Assembly: GCA_963801045.1 (NCBI GenBank) | Contig: CAWDDC010000005.1 | Coordinates: 165,568-229,567 of the forward strand | Length of the DNA: 64,000 bases | Origin: an uncultured Actinomycetota bacterium | GTDB taxonomy: Bacteria; Actinomycetota; Actinomycetes; Propionibacteriales; Nocardioidaceae | Direction of reading: 5' to 3' | Notes under the pieces: generated by a model | Told to the model about the DNA's origin: nothing | Seen by the model: the letters and a program-made list of their open reading frames with translations, nothing else | The model's database searches: none | Shown here: in pieces, positions 1 through 11,632 of the stretch | Layout: each line of letters starts with the position of its first letter | Position numbering within the stretch: the first letter of the stretch is position 1 | Position numbers and translations under genes: made by a program

Positions 1-344
1 CGGCCGGCCCTGGAGATCGGCACCACGTCGGCGACCTGCTGCTCCTCGGCCGGCTGCTCGGCCGGCGCCGCGGCGCGGTCCCGGGCCTCCGCGGCCAGGG
101 CGCGGTCGAGACGGGCGGCGACGTCGGCGGGCATCGGCACCACCGGGTCGTCGGTGCGTACGGACGCCAGCAGGGCGGGCATCGCCGCCAGCCGGTCGCG
201 CACCTCGGCGCACTGCGGGCACGCGGACAGATGGGCAGCCACGGTCGCTGCCTCGTCGGCCGGCAGCAGGCCCTCGAGCAGGTCCGAGACCTGGTCGGCC
301 GAGACGTGCGAGCGCGCGTCCGGACGCGCCTGCTCGTCAGGCAT
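1..344 (-). CDS. anti-sigma factor (zinc-binding ZAS type), N-terminal part; the 3' end lies beyond the window start
   Basis: Reverse translation from ATG at 344 gives MPDEQARPDARSHVSADQVSDLLEGLLPADEAATVAAHLSACPQCAEV... It carries an H-x3-C-x2-C motif (HLSACPQC). The start overlaps the stop of the upstream ECF sigma gene (TGATG). Confidence 0.7.
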   Translation of the reverse strand, partial: MPDEQARPDARSHVSADQVSDLLEGLLPADEAATVAAHLSACPQCAEVRDRLAAMPALLASVRTDDPVVPMPADVAARLDRALAAEARDRAAAPAEQPAEEQQVADVVPISRAG

Positions 345-1077
345 CAGGTCACCTCCTGCGTACGGTCGGGAGTGCTGTCGGGCGGCGAGGGCGAACCCCG
401 CGACCGGGCTGCAGAGGTAGGACGTGACGGCGGCTGACCCGGTTCCCCGTCGGCCGGAGGCGTCCGGCCGGGTCGTGCGTCGCGCCACTCCTCCAGCAGC
501 GGCAGCAGCCGGGCCCGGCCGCGTGAGCAGCGGCTCTTGATGGTGCCGGGCGCGCAGTCGAGCACCGTGGCGGCCTCGTCGACCGAGTAGCCCTCCATGT
601 CGACCAGCACCAGCGCGGCCCGCTGCTCCTCGGGCAGCGTCCGCAGCGCGGCCAGCACGGCGGTGCGCTGCTCGCCCTGCTCCGCCGTCTCCTCGACCAC
701 CTCGTGCCGGGTCGGCGGCGCCTGGTCGTCGTCGTCGGACAGCGGCTCGGCCTGCCGTACCTTGCGCCGGCGGCCGCGGTCGAGACAGGCGTTGACCACG
801 ATCCGGTGCAGCCAGGTGGTGACCGCCGAGTCACCGCGGAAGCTCTCCGCCCGCCGGAACGCCGACACCAGCGCGTCCTGCAGCGCGTCGGCCGCCTCCT
901 CCGGGTCGGACGTGGTGCGCAGCGCCACCGCCCACAGCCGCTCCCGGTGCCGGCGGACGAGCTCGCCGAACGCGTCCGCGTCCCCTCGACGTGCCGGCGC
1001 AGCAGCGTGCGGTCGTCGGCTGAGTCATTACCGGAATCCTGCGAGGAGTCGACCCCGCCCTCGTGCCGGCCACTCAT
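344..1077 (-). CDS. ECF (sigma-70 family) RNA polymerase sigma factor, SigM-like by position; one apparent 1-nt frameshift
   Basis: ORF 344..928 carries region 2 (TTWLHRIVVNACLD) and region 4 (LVLVDMEGYSVDEAATVLDCAPGTIKSRCSRGRARL). The N-terminus MSGRHEGG...LLRRHVEG sits in another frame and rejoins as DADAFGELVRRH if one G is added to the run at 982-985. Confidence 0.85.
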
Positions 1078-2709
1078 TCGAGGACGGCCATCTCCGCGAT
1101 CGTCCCGACATAGACGTTGTCCTCGACCTGCGGCAGCGAGGTCAGCCACACCACCAGGTAGCGCGTGGTGACCGGCGACGTCCGACTCGACCGAGGCCTG
1201 CACCGGGTCCTCGTCGCCCTCCGCGATCGTGCTGCCCAGCGACTGGAGGCCCTCGACCCCGGTGGGGGCCGAGGTGGCGCCCGGAGCGGCCAGCACCTCG
1301 ATCGAGGTGGGGGACCCGACCATGGTCAGGTCGACGCGGGACACGTCCTGCGGGCTGCCGAGGTCGACCAGCAGGCCGACGCCGTCCTTGAGGTTGCCGA
1401 GCGTGGGCGACTCGTAGTACTCCTGCGTGCTCCAGACGCTGGTCGGGTCCTGGTCGGTGACCAGCGGGGCCTCCTCGCTGTGCTCCACCCCGTCGCCGAG
1501 CGGGTCGAAGTCGTCGACCGAGGCGATCTCCAGCGGGCCGCCGGTCGTCGGCGTGGCCCGGTCCGGGGTGCTGGACGCCGGGGGGTCGCCGGTGATGGTG
1601 GGCAGCACGTCGGAGCCCACCCGTCCCACGAAGAACGCCAGCACGGCGGCCAGCGCCACCAGCAGCGCGATACCGAGCCAGACCGGCCCGCGGGCGCCGG
1701 TGCGCGGTTCGGGGGCGGCAGGAGTCTCGGGCGGGGCGCTGGGTCCCGTACGCGGCGGCGGCACCTGGTGGATGGCAGGGGGCGGTCCGCTGGCGTCGGG
1801 GGCCGCGGGCAGCACGCCGCGGGCCATGGTGGCGTCGTCGTCGTCGACGAAGGACGGCGCCGTCTCGTCGGCGTCGGCCAGCACCGCGAGCTCGCGGGCG
1901 ACCTCGGCGGCCGAGCGCAACGGGGTGGCGTGATGGCGCGGCGGCGTGCCGAGGATCCGGTCGCAGACCGTGTCGATGTCGGGGTCGACGCCGGCCCGCA
2001 CCTGCCGGGCGCGCAGCAACCGGCCGTGCTCGGTCGGCGCGGACGGCAGACCCGAGGTCGCGACCGCCCGGCCAGCGGGCGACCAGGCAGGCGTAGAGCA
2101 GCCGGCCGAGCGCGGTGACGTCGGCCTGCTCGGCCAGCAGCGGGCCGATCGCGGCGGACGAGCCGTTGGAGTGCGCGGTCGACTCCCCGTCGACGGCGGC
2201 CGGCGCTGCCGTGGTGCCGTCGTCGGCGCGTGCAGGGCCTGGTCGGTGGCGAGGCCGAGCACCCGTACCGCCCCGTTGTGCTTGACGATCACCCGGGCCG
2301 GGTCGAGCCGGCCGTGGTGCACGCCGGCCCGGTGCGCCGACGCGACCGCCTCGGCGACCTCGCGGACGACCCCGACCGCGCGCGGGGCCGGCAGCGGACC
2401 CTGCTGGAGCACGGTGTCGAGCGAGACACCGCGGGCCCACTCGCGGACGACGTAGGCGTGTCCCGCCTCCTGCGCGGCGTCGAGCACCCGCAGGAAGCGC
2501 GGGTCGTCGACGGCGGTGGCGGCACGGGCCGCGGTGAGGAAGGCGTCGCTGCTGCCGTCGTCGCTGCGGACGACCTGCACGCTCACCGAGCGGTTGAGGA
2601 TGCGGTCGACGGCACGCCACGTCTGGGACCTCGGGGTCTCCCCCATCAGGTCCTCGATGCGGTAACGCCCGGCGAGCTGCGTGCCGGGGCTGAGTGTGTC
2701 GGCGTGCAC
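1074..2709 (-). CDS. membrane protein with N-terminal pseudokinase domain and extracellular C-terminal domain (like the Rv3910 C-terminal part); three or more frame switches
   Basis: Kinase-like fold with degenerate motifs: VSVQVV in place of VAIK, and HHGRLDPARV in place of HRDxKxxN. It has a Pro-rich linker and a TM helix VWLGIALLVALAAVLAFFVG. The C-terminus is ...RYLVVWLTSLPQVEDNVYVGTIAEMAVLE. Frame switches lie near 2228, 2065 and 1185. The stop overlaps the sigma ATG (ATGA). Confidence 0.7.
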
Positions 2710-2810
2710 CTGTCCCCGATCGCGATTCTCGGCCTGATCCGTCCGAGAGTCATGGTAGAGCCCGCGCGGAGCGTACCGGTGCGTCCCGGCGAGCCGCTGC
2801 CGGCGAGCGG

Positions 2811-4494
2811 CTACCGGCGCGCGACCGCGCCGAGCAGGGCGCGTACCTCACCGAGGCGGAGCAGCCGCGCCGCCAGCAGGTACGCCACCGCGCCCGCGGC
2901 ACCGGCCACGGCGAGCATCACGATGGCCGGACCGGTCGCGTCGTCGTCGACGCCGGCCTCCTCGAGCAGCAGCATCGCGCCCAGCATCGCGACGGCCGCG
3001 ACCCCGCAGGCCACGGTCAGCCGTACGGAGAAGACCAGCAGCCGGCGGCGACCCCCCAACCCGCCGAGCCGGCGGGACAGCAGCGTCGCCGAGGCGACCG
3101 AGCCGGCCAGGTAGGCGATGCCGTAGGCGAAGGCGAGCCGGGTCGCGATCTGGTCGGTCGGCGCGTCGAAGGTCAGCACGACCGCCGCGGCGACGTTGGT
3201 CAGCGACACCACCAGCTGGACGAGGAACGGCGTCCGGGTGTCCTCCTGGGCGTAGAACCCGCGCAGCATCAGGTAGTGGATGGTGAACAGCAGCAGCCCG
3301 GGCGCGAACGCGGCCAGCGTGTAGCCCACCGGGGCCGTGGCGCCGTCGAGCGCGCCGTAGGAGAACAGCACCGCCGCGAGCACCGACCCGAGGCAGGCCA
3401 GGGCCACCGCCACCGGGGCGATCGCCACCAGCACCAGCCGCAGCGTGGTGGCGATCTCGTCGCGCATCCGGACCAGCTCGCCGTCGGCGGCGAACCGGGA
3501 CAGCAGCGGCATGGTCGCGGTCACCAGCGACACCGTGATGATGGCGTGCGGCACCTGCGAGACCAGGAACGCGCCCTGGTAGACCGCGACGCCGTTGGCG
3601 GTCGTGCCCTCCAGCGCCGCCTGGGTCGACGACCCGGTCGCCAGCCGGGTCACGATCACGAACGCCACCTGGTTGGCCACCACGAACGCGACCGTCCACG
3701 CACCGAGCCGCAGCGTCTTGCCCATCCCGACGCCGCGCAGGTCCGTACGCAGCCGGAACCGGAAGCCGGCCGCCCGGGCGTACGGCACCAGCACCAGCGC
3801 CTGCAGCGCGATGCCGAGCGTCGCGCCGCGCACCGAGCACGACCACCTGCGCGGTGGTGAAGCCGTCGCTGGCGTCGGACGTGCCCCACTGGAGGGCGTA
3901 GCCGCCGAGCACCGCGCACGCCACCACGTTGTTGACGATCGGCGCCCACATCATCGGCCCGAATCGCTCGCGTGCGTTGAGGATCTGGCCGACCAGCACG
4001 AACACGCCGTAGAAGAAGACCTGCGGCATGCACCACCACATCAGCGCGTACGCCGACTGCCGCGGTGCCTCCAGCTCGGGCGTGAACAGGTCGCCGCTGA
4101 ACACCACGTGCGCCAGCACCGGCACCAGCGCCATCAGCACCGCGGTGGCGCCGATCAGCACCAGGACGCCGAGGCTCAGCAGCCGTTGGGCGAACGCCTC
4201 GCCGCCGTCGGCGTCGGATCGCATCGCCCGCACCAGCTGCGGCACCAGCACGACGTTGAAGACGCCGCCGGCGACCAGGATGTACAGCGAGTTGGGCAGC
4301 GTGTTGGCGGTGGCGAACACGTCGGCGTTGAGCGACTTGCCGAGCACCGCGAGCAGCAGCGCGCTGCGGACGAAGCCGGTGAGCCGCGACACCACCGTGC
4401 CCGCCGCCATCAGCGCGCTGGCCGACAGCAGCCTGCTCTGGTCGCCGGCCGAGTCGCTCACCGAGCCCTCGCCGGAGCCCCCGCTGCCGCTCAT
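2811..4494 (-). CDS. murJ: lipid II flippase MurJ (MviN); one frame switch near 3840
   Basis: N-terminus in the frame of ORF 2848..6627: LLSASALMAAGTVVSRLTGFVRSALLLAVLGKSLNADVFATANTLPNSLYILVAGGVFNVVLVPQL. The C-terminal 340 aa are ORF 2811..3833. The product is polytopic and about 560 aa. Confidence 0.9.
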
Positions 4495-6827
4495 GTCGGC
4501 GCGGGACGGTCCTGGCCGCGTACGCGACGCACGATCCGGCGGGTGATCGCCACCACGAGGATCAGGCCGGCGAGCGCCAGCACCGCCCAGATGACCATGC
4601 CGACGACGCTGGTCCGGAGGCTGAACTTCAGCGGCGCCCCGAACCGGTCGCCGTGCCGGGTCACCAGGTAGGCCTGCGCGGGGGTCACCCGGTTGTCGCC
4701 GACCGTGGTGTCGACGGTCACCGTCTGCCGCTCGCCCGGCCCCACCGTGACCGGGTCGCCGGCGTCGAACTCGAGCCCGTGGGCCGCCCGCGTCGCCACG
4801 CGTACGCCGACGGTCACCGGCCGGTCGAGGTTGTTGGTGATGGTGACGCCGAAGCGTCCCCGCGAGCTGGACAGGGTGACGAACGGCGGCCCCTCGATGC
4901 TGACCTGGCCGAGCTGGCGGCCCAGGTCGTTGACGGTGTGCTGGGTGACGGTCAGCCGCCGGTCGCCGTCGACGCGCGCGTAGGAGGACATGCCGAGCGC
5001 GGCCGCGGCGTCGTACCAGCGGGCGAGGGCGGGGTCGCCGCCGAGCAGCCGGACCAGCGTCCGGGACCGCCGGACGAGCTGGCCGGACGCGTCGGTCAGG
5101 TCGAGCTCGACCGTCGGGGCGACGTCGGCCTGCTGCGCGTTCGCGTCGCCCAGCTGGTCGTGGTGCGTGGCCACCGTCGCCCGCGGGCTGGGCCAGCGCG
5201 ACGTCCTCGGGCGCGAGCACCGTGCCGGCGAAGTCGGGAGGGTCGCGCAGCAGGTCGTCGACCGACGTGGGGCGCAGCCAGGGGGTGCGCAGCCCGGAGA
5301 AGAACCCGGCGGCGGGCCAGGACACCCCCGGGTTCCAGTTGCTCGGGGCGAGGAAGACCGCCGAGGTCCTGTCGTCGCCGCGGGCGTCCGCGGCCAGGGA
5401 GCGCAGCAGCGGTCTCGGCGAGCAGCCGCTGGCGCATCTGCAGCGCGGTGCGCGGGTCGTCGGACGCGGGCCCGCCTGCGGCGAGGGCCGGGTCGGCGAC
5501 GAGCACCGGCGCCACGCCGTCCTCGGTCGCCACCGACAGCGCAGCACCCTGCGCGGAGGTCCAGCCGTCGAGCTGCTCCGGGGCCAGCACCGCCAGCCGG
5601 TCGCCCTCGTGGCGCGCGACGGCGGCCAGCGCCTCCGGCTGGACGGCGCCGTCGACCGGCAGCGCCGCCGTGCCGGGCTCCCCGGACGAGCAGCTCGGCG
5701 GCGGTGGCCTCGGTCGCCCGGGTGATCGCCGCGTCGAGGCGGGGGGAGGGCGCCTCCGCGACCGCCTCCTCGTCCGGCTCGCCGTAGCGGGTCAGCCAGC
5801 CGGCGCCGCCCTCGAGCAGCGAGCTCACGTCGGACATCCACTCCCGCGCCGCGGGCGAGGTCTCGGTGGGCACGATCTCGCCGTCGGTGTCGGTGGTGAC
5901 GCCGCTGTCCCCGGTGCCCTCGGGGTCCTCCGCGTCGGTGTCGGGCGAGTCGCCGTCGCCGTCGTCCTCGCCGGGTCGCGCCGGGCGTACGGGCGGGCCG
6001 AACCGCCCCTCGGCGAAGTCGTGGGCGGCGTCGAGCAGCGCGGGGTCGGCCACCGTCGCGAGCGGCACGTCGGCGCTCACCGCGAGGTCGGTGGCCCGGC
6101 GCAGCTGCCCTCCGGTCGCCATCGACTGCCGCAGCTCGTCGTCGTGCAGGTAGCTGCCGTCCTCGCGGCGCAGGATCGCGGCCCGCAGCGGCCACACCAG
6201 GCCGAGGTCGACGCGCGCCGGCGGGTCGGAGCGCCCGGCGTCGACCAGCGGGACGAACGTGCGGGTGCGGCCCTCCAGCTGTGCGGGTCATGTCGACGTC
6301 GGTGGCCAGCACCTGCACGCCGACGGTGTAGACGCCCTCGGCGCCGGAGATGTCCAGCGCGCGGTACGGCAGCTCCAGCTCGAAGTCGGTCGACTCGCCG
6401 GTCGGCAGCGGTCCGAGCGTGTCGAAGCGCCCGAAGTCGGTGATCCGGTCGCTGATGTACGTCTCCTCCGGGCTCGCGGCCACCTCGGCCAGCTCGCTGC
6501 TGGTCGTGACCGGCTCGGGGGACATCACCAGGTAGGCCTGGACGTCGCGCCAGCCGTGGTCGTCGACGTTGGTCACCGTGCCGTTCAGCTCGAGCGGCTC
6601 GCCCGGCTGCAGCGCGGACGGGTTCACCGAGGTGATCTCGACGCCGAGGCCGGTCTCCTCGTCGGCGGGGGCGGTCGGGACGGCGTGCTCGGCCGCGGCG
6701 GCCGGTGACGGCGAGCCGCTGCCGGGAGCACCGGCAGCGCGGCCAGCAGCGGGGCGAGCAGGGCCAGCAGGGGGAACGCCACCAGCGGCAGCCGGGCCGG
6801 CGCGACGCCACGGCGCACGGGCGTCAT
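4491..6827 (-). CDS. conserved secreted/membrane-anchored protein upstream of murJ (Rv3909-like); five or more frame switches
   Basis: Signal peptide MTPVRRGVAPARLPLVAFPLLALLAPLLAALPVLPAAA and C-terminal TM helix VVGMVIWAVLALAGLILVVAI. Segments are spread over three frames, with switches near 6710, 6290, 5690, 5410 and 5190. The stop overlaps the murJ ATG (ATGA). Function is assigned only from synteny with M. tuberculosis Rv3909-Rv3910. Confidence 0.55.
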
Positions 6828-6921
6828 GCCCTGCGACGCGGGCGGGTGTTCATCCGGGCCATGCTAGACGGCGGCCGGACGGCGGCTGCGCGCCTCCCGC
6901 GCGCCACTACAGTGGATTCCC

Positions 6922-8417
6922 GTGTCCGTGCCCGCCTCGCCCCCGGTTCCTCCGGCCGACCCGCCGTCGGGCTCGCCGGACCCCGTGGTCGACGAGCTGC
7001 TGCGCGCGGCGCCCGACGTCGAGCAGCTCGGCGCGGTGTTCGCGGCCGCCGGGCACGACCCTCGCGATCGTCGGCGGACCCGTCCGCGACGCGCTGCTCG
7101 GCCGGCTCGGCCGGGCCGGCATGGACTGGGACCTCACCACCTCGGCCCACCCGGACGAGACCGAGCGGCTGCTCGGCGACTGGGCCGACGCGGTGTGGGA
7201 CATCGGCCGCGCCTACGGCACCATCGGCGCCCGCCAGGGCGAGCTGGCCGTCGAGATCACCACCTACCGGTCCGACGCCTACGACGCCACGTCCCGCAAG
7301 CCGGCGGTCGCAGTTCGGCGACACCCTCGAGGGCGACCTGTCGCGCCGCGACTTCACCGTCAACGCGCTGGCCGTCGACATCGCCACCCGTCGCCTGGTC
7401 GACCCGTTCGGTGGCCGCGACGACCTCGCCCGCCGGCTGCTGCGTACGCCCGGCACGCCGCAGCAGTCGTTCAGCGACGACCCGCTGCGGATGATGCGGG
7501 CGGCCCGCTTCGCCGCCCAGCTCGGCTTCACCGCCGCCGACGAGGTGGTCGCCGCGATGCGGGACATGGCCGACCGGGTCGGCAGCGAGCGGGTGGTGTC
7601 GGCCGAGCGGGTGCGCGACGAGCTGGTCAAGCTGATCTGCGCGCCCGACCCGCGGCGCCGGGCTGACCCTGCTGGTGCAGACCGGGCTGGCCGACCACGT
7701 GCTGCCCGAGGTGCCCGCGATGCGGCTGGAGCGCGACGAGCACCACCGGCACAAGGACGTCTACGAGCACTCGCTGACCGTGCTCGAGCAGGCGATCGCG
7801 CTGGAGCACCGGCTCGACCAGGCGCCCGACTTCATCGTCCGGTTCGCGGCGCTGATGCACGACATCGGCAAGCCGCGCACCCGCAAGTTCCAGCCCGACG
7901 GCACGGTGACGTTCCACCACCACGACGTGGTCGGCGCCAAGATGTGCCGCAAGCGGATGCGGGCGCTGCGGTTCTCCGGCGACACCGTCACCAGCGTCTG
8001 CCACCTGGTCGAGCTGCACCTGCGCTTCCACGGCTACGGCAGCGGCGAGTGGACCGACTCGGCGGTGCGCCGCTACGTCCGCGACGCCGGCGACGAGCTG
8101 CCGCGGCTGCACGTGCTGACCCGGGCCGACTGCACCACCCGCAACGCCCGCAAGGCGGCGCGGCTGCAGCGCACCTACGACCACCTCGAGGAGCGGATCG
8201 CCCGGCTGGCCGAGCAGGAGGAGCTGCAGCTCCCTGCGGCCGGACCTCGACGGCAACCAGATCATGGCGGTGCTGGGCGTCCCGCCCGGCCGCGACGTCG
8301 GCGAGGCCTACCGCTACCTGCTGGAGCTGCGCACCGAGCACGGGCCCGCTCGGCGAGGAGCGGGCCACGGCCGAGCTGCTCGCCTGGTGGCGGGCCCGAC
8401 AGGCGGAGACCCCGTGA
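6922..8417 (+). CDS. cca: CCA tRNA nucleotidyltransferase / poly(A) polymerase family with HD domain; about 5 frame switches
   Basis: Head-domain motifs are LAIVGGPVRDALLG and DWDLTT. The HD-domain segment is ERDEHHRHKDVYEHSLTVLEQ...LMHDIGKPRTR...FHHHDVVGA. Segments sit in ORFs 6922..7494, 6569..7666, 6705..8417 and 7675..8568. Confidence 0.85.
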
Positions 8418-8837
8418 GGCGGGCGGTCGCCGTCGGCGCGCTGCTCCTGCTGGCGGTCGCCGCCGCACCGGCAGCGGCCGACAGCAGCCGCACCATCACC
8501 GGCACCCCGCGCGCCGACACCCTCGTCGGCACCCCGCGCGGCGACCTCGTCCGCGGACTCGGCGGTGACGACACCATCCGCGCCCGGGGCGGTCCGGACA
8601 CCGTGCGCGCCGGCACCGGCGTCGACCGGGTCGGGGGCGGCCCGGGCGGCGACCACCTCTACGCCGGGTGCCGGCAGCGACCGGGTGCTCGGCGGCGAGG
8701 GCAACGACGTCATCGAGCTGCGGCCCGGCGGCGGCGGCGACGTCGTGCGCTGCGGACCAGGCATCGACGAGGTGATCGGCGTCGGCGGCGACGACGACCT
8801 CAGCGGGTGCGAGATCGCGCGCCCGACCGTGCGCTGA
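8414..8837 (+). CDS. small secreted protein with RTX-like (GGxGxD, 9-residue period) calcium-binding repeats; one frame switch near 8670
   Basis: Signal-like N-terminus VRRAVAVGALLLLAVAAAPAAA, followed by GGDDTIRARGGPDTVRAGTGVDRVGGGPGGDHLYAGAGSDRVLGGEGNDVIELRPGGGGDVVRCGPGIDEV...CE. The GTG start overlaps the cca stop (GTGA). Confidence 0.55.
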
Positions 8838-10070
8838 CGGCGGCGAGCAGCACCAGCGCGACCGCCACCGCGGCCATCACGCCCGCGGCGCGTCCGCTCG
8901 GCGGCAGCACCAGCGCGCCGATGACGGCGGCGGCGATCAGGGCGGCGTTGAACGCCATGTCGTAGAGCACGAACACCCGGCCCCGGAACTGGTCGTCCAC
9001 CTCGCGCTGCACCCGGGTGTCGGCGCAGATCTTCACCACCTGGCCACCCAGGCCGAGCGCGAACGCGGCCAGCACGAGCACCGGCTCGGCGAGCGTCGCG
9101 GCGAAGGCAGCCTGCACGACTGCCCCCACCCCGAGGCCGGCGGTGACCGCCGTGCCCGTCGACCAGCGGTCGACCAGCCACGGGGTGGCGACGGCGGCGA
9201 GCAGGAACCCGACCCCGGCGGCGAGCAGCGACACCGACAGGCCGGCGAGTCCCGCCTGCGGGTCGTCCGGTGCGGCGTACGTGCTGCGGTAGAGCAGGAT
9301 GCCGGCCATCAGGGTGAGCGCGGCGCACAGCCGCTGCGCCGGCGACCAGCCCGATCGCCCGCTCCGCTGCCGGGCGCCGCCGCAGGTGCGCGGCCGCCGC
9401 GGACAGGCCCTGCAGCGCCAGCCGCACCGCCTGACCCGGCGGCGGCAGCGTGGGGTCGGGATCGGGGCCGAGCGCGGGCCGGCCGAACCCGTGGCCGATC
9501 CCCGCGGCGCACCACCCAGACGCCGCCGGCCACGAGTACCAGCACCGGGTCTCCGGCGACCGCCTGTGCCACACCGCCCACGCCGAGCCCGACGACGTAC
9601 GCGAGGGTGCCCGCGGTCGGCACCACGGCGTTGGCGGCCAGCAGCTGGCTGCGACGCACGACGTGCGGCAGCGCCGCCGACAGCCCCGCCAGCACGAACC
9701 GGTTGACGCCGAAGCCCGCCACGACGACCAGGAACAGCACGACGTCGGGCGCCCCCGTGGCCAGCACCGCCGCGAGGGCGAGCGCCAGCGCTGCCCGCAC
9801 CAGCGTGGCGCCGACCAGGACGTCGCGCCGCGACCACCGGTCGAGGACGACGCCGGTGAACGGCCCGACGAGGGTGAACGGCAGCAGGGTCGCCACCGTC
9901 ACCGCCGCGATGGCGCCGGGGGTGGTCTGCCGCTCGGGGGAGAAGAACAGGTACGACGCCAGCGCGGCCTGCACCACGCCGTCCGCCGACTGGCTGAGCA
10001 GCCGCAGCCCCAGCAGCCGCCGGAACGCGGGCAGGGGCAGCAGTCGACGCAGGTCGTCGAGGGCTCCCAT
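8800..10070 (-). CDS. MFS transporter; about 2 frame switches (near 9520 and 9400)
   Basis: N-terminus MGALDDLRRLLPLPAFRRLLGLRLLSQSADGVVQAALASYLFF... sits in the frame of ORF 9309..12773. The C-terminal half is in ORF 8800..10086 (..LVDRWSTGTAVTAGLGVGAVV...). Multiple TM helices and DRWSRR-type loop motifs are present. Confidence 0.75.
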
Positions 10071-10130
10071 GGCCGAAGCATGACAACCATTCGTTGGCAG
10101 CGGGGACCGCAGGGCGGCTAGCCTCCGGAC

Positions 10131-10550
10131 GTGAACGGGGATTCGTACGGGGACCGGGGCGGAGGCGGCAGGCGCATGGCGCGGTCGCGTGCCGTCGGGA
10201 TGGTGGGGGCGGCAGCGGCCGCGATGCTGGTGACCGGGGGGTGGTCGCCTGCGTCGGGCAGTCTCAACGACCGGGACGTCGTCAACGGCGGTCACGACGG
10301 CGAGCGGATGGTCGGCACCCAGCGCCCGGACGCGATCTACGGCCACGGCGGCGACGACCGCCTGGTGGGCCGGCGCGCCGGTGACTTCCTGTCCGGCGGG
10401 CGCGGCGACGACCGGCTCAAGCCCGGGCGTGGCGCCGACCTGATCCGGTGCGGGCCGGGCGACGACGTGGTCGTCGGCGCCGGCAAGACCGATCGGGTCG
10501 ACCCCAACTGCGAGACGGTGCGCGCGCCGGGCCAGACCCAGTCGGGCTAG
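10131..10550 (+). CDS. small secreted protein with RTX-like calcium-binding repeats (paralogue of 8414..8837)
   Basis: Intact 139-aa ORF with a signal-like [22 protein letters not shown]. Repeats are [44 protein letters not shown]...CE, and the C-terminal RCGPGxD...CE signature matches 8414..8837. Confidence 0.6.
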   Translation: MNGDSYGDRGGGGRRMARSRAVGMVGAAAAAMLVTGGWSPASGSLNDRDVVNGGHDGERMVGTQRPDAIYGHGGDDRLVGRRAGDFLSGGRGDDRLKPGRGADLIRCGPGDDVVVGAGKTDRVDPNCETVRAPGQTQSG

Positions 10551-11632
10551 ACCTCGCCGCGGATGAACGCCTCCACGCCCTCGTGGCCCTCGTCGTCGGG
10601 GCGCTGGATCGGCGGCGACTTCATGAAGTAGGTCGCGGCCGGGTGCACGGGGCCGCCGAGGCCGCGGTCGAGCGCGATCTTGGCCGCGCGCACGGCGTCG
10701 ATGATGATGCCGGCCGAGTTGGGCGAGTCCCAGACCTCGAGCTTGTACTCGAGGTTCAGCGGCACGTCGCCGAACGCGCGGCCCTCGAGCCGGACGTAGG
10801 CCCACTTGCGGTCGTCGAGCCACTGCACGTAGTCGCTCGGGCCGATGTGCACGTTGCGGGCGCCGAGGTCGTGCTGCAGGTTCGACGTGACGGCCTGGGT
10901 CTTCGAGACCTTCTTCGACTCCAGCCGGTCGCGCTCGAGCATGTTCTTGAAGTCCATGTTGCCGCCGACGTTGAGCTGGTACGTGCGGTCGAGTGCGACG
11001 CCGCGGTCCTCGAACAGCTTGGCCATCACCCGGTGCGTGATGGTGGCGCCGACCTGGCTCTTGATGTCGTCGCCGACGATCGGCAGCCCGGCCGCCTCGA
11101 ACTTCGCCGCCCACTCGGGGTCGGAGGCGATGAACACCGGCAGCGCGTTGACGAAGGCACACCCGGCGTCGATCGCGCACTGGGCGTAGAACTTGTCGGC
11201 CAGCTCGCTGCCGACCGGCAGGTAGGCCACCAGGACGTCGGCCCGCGCGTCGCGCAGCGCCTGCACGACGTCGACCGGGTCGGCGTCGGACTCCTCGATC
11301 GTCTCGCGGTAGTAGCGGCCGAGCCCGTCGTGGGTGGGGCCGCGCTGCACGACGACGCCGGTCGGCGGCACGTCGCAGATGGTGATGGTGTTGTTCTCGC
11401 TGGCCTGGGTCGCCTCGGCCAGGTCGAAGCCGACCTTCTTGGCATCGACGTCGAACGCGGCGACGAACTCGATGTCGCGCACGTGGTAGTCGCCGAACTG
11501 CACGTGCATGAGCCCCGGGACGCTGCCGGCGGGATCGGCGTCGCGGTAGTACTGCACGCCCTGGATGAGCGACGTCGCGCAGTTGCCGACGCCGACGATG
11601 GCCACGCGGATGGGGCCGCCGGATGTGCTCAT
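10547..11632 (-). CDS. ino1: myo-inositol-1-phosphate synthase
   Basis: Intact 361-aa ORF: [22 protein letters not shown]...[29 protein letters not shown]... This is the typical actinobacterial Ino1. It lies downstream of a PadR gene, as Rv0046c does with Rv0047c. Confidence 0.95.
   Translation of the reverse strand: MSTSGGPIRVAIVGVGNCATSLIQGVQYYRDADPAGSVPGLMHVQFGDYHVRDIEFVAAFDVDAKKVGFDLAEATQASENNTITICDVPPTGVVVQRGPTHDGLGRYYRETIEESDADPVDVVQALRDARADVLVAYLPVGSELADKFYAQCAIDAGCAFVNALPVFIASDPEWAAKFEAAGLPIVGDDIKSQVGATITHRVMAKLFEDRGVALDRTYQLNVGGNMDFKNMLERDRLESKKVSKTQAVTSNLQHDLGARNVHIGPSDYVQWLDDRKWAYVRLEGRAFGDVPLNLEYKLEVWDSPNSAGIIIDAVRAAKIALDRGLGGPVHPAATYFMKSPPIQRPDDEGHEGVEAFIRGEV

Noticed and set aside
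154-437. Plus-strand ORFs 154..420 and 231..437, and many other 60-300-aa ORFs antisense to annotated genes throughout the track.
   Set aside because: They overlap well-supported genes on the opposite strand. They have Arg/Ala/Pro/Gly-biased composition and lack RBS or start context, so they are typical GC-rich shadow ORFs.
2848-6627. 1259-aa ORF on the minus strand spanning murJ and the Rv3909-like gene. Similar giant ORFs occur at 9309..12773 (1154 aa), 43122..45599 (825 aa), 47143..50118 (991 aa) and 349..2709 (786 aa).
   Set aside because: These are mosaics. Short stretches are genuine gene segments, and the rest is Arg/Pro/Gly/Ala-rich translation typical of stop-poor alternative frames in about 70% GC DNA. 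The real genes are recovered by switching frames.
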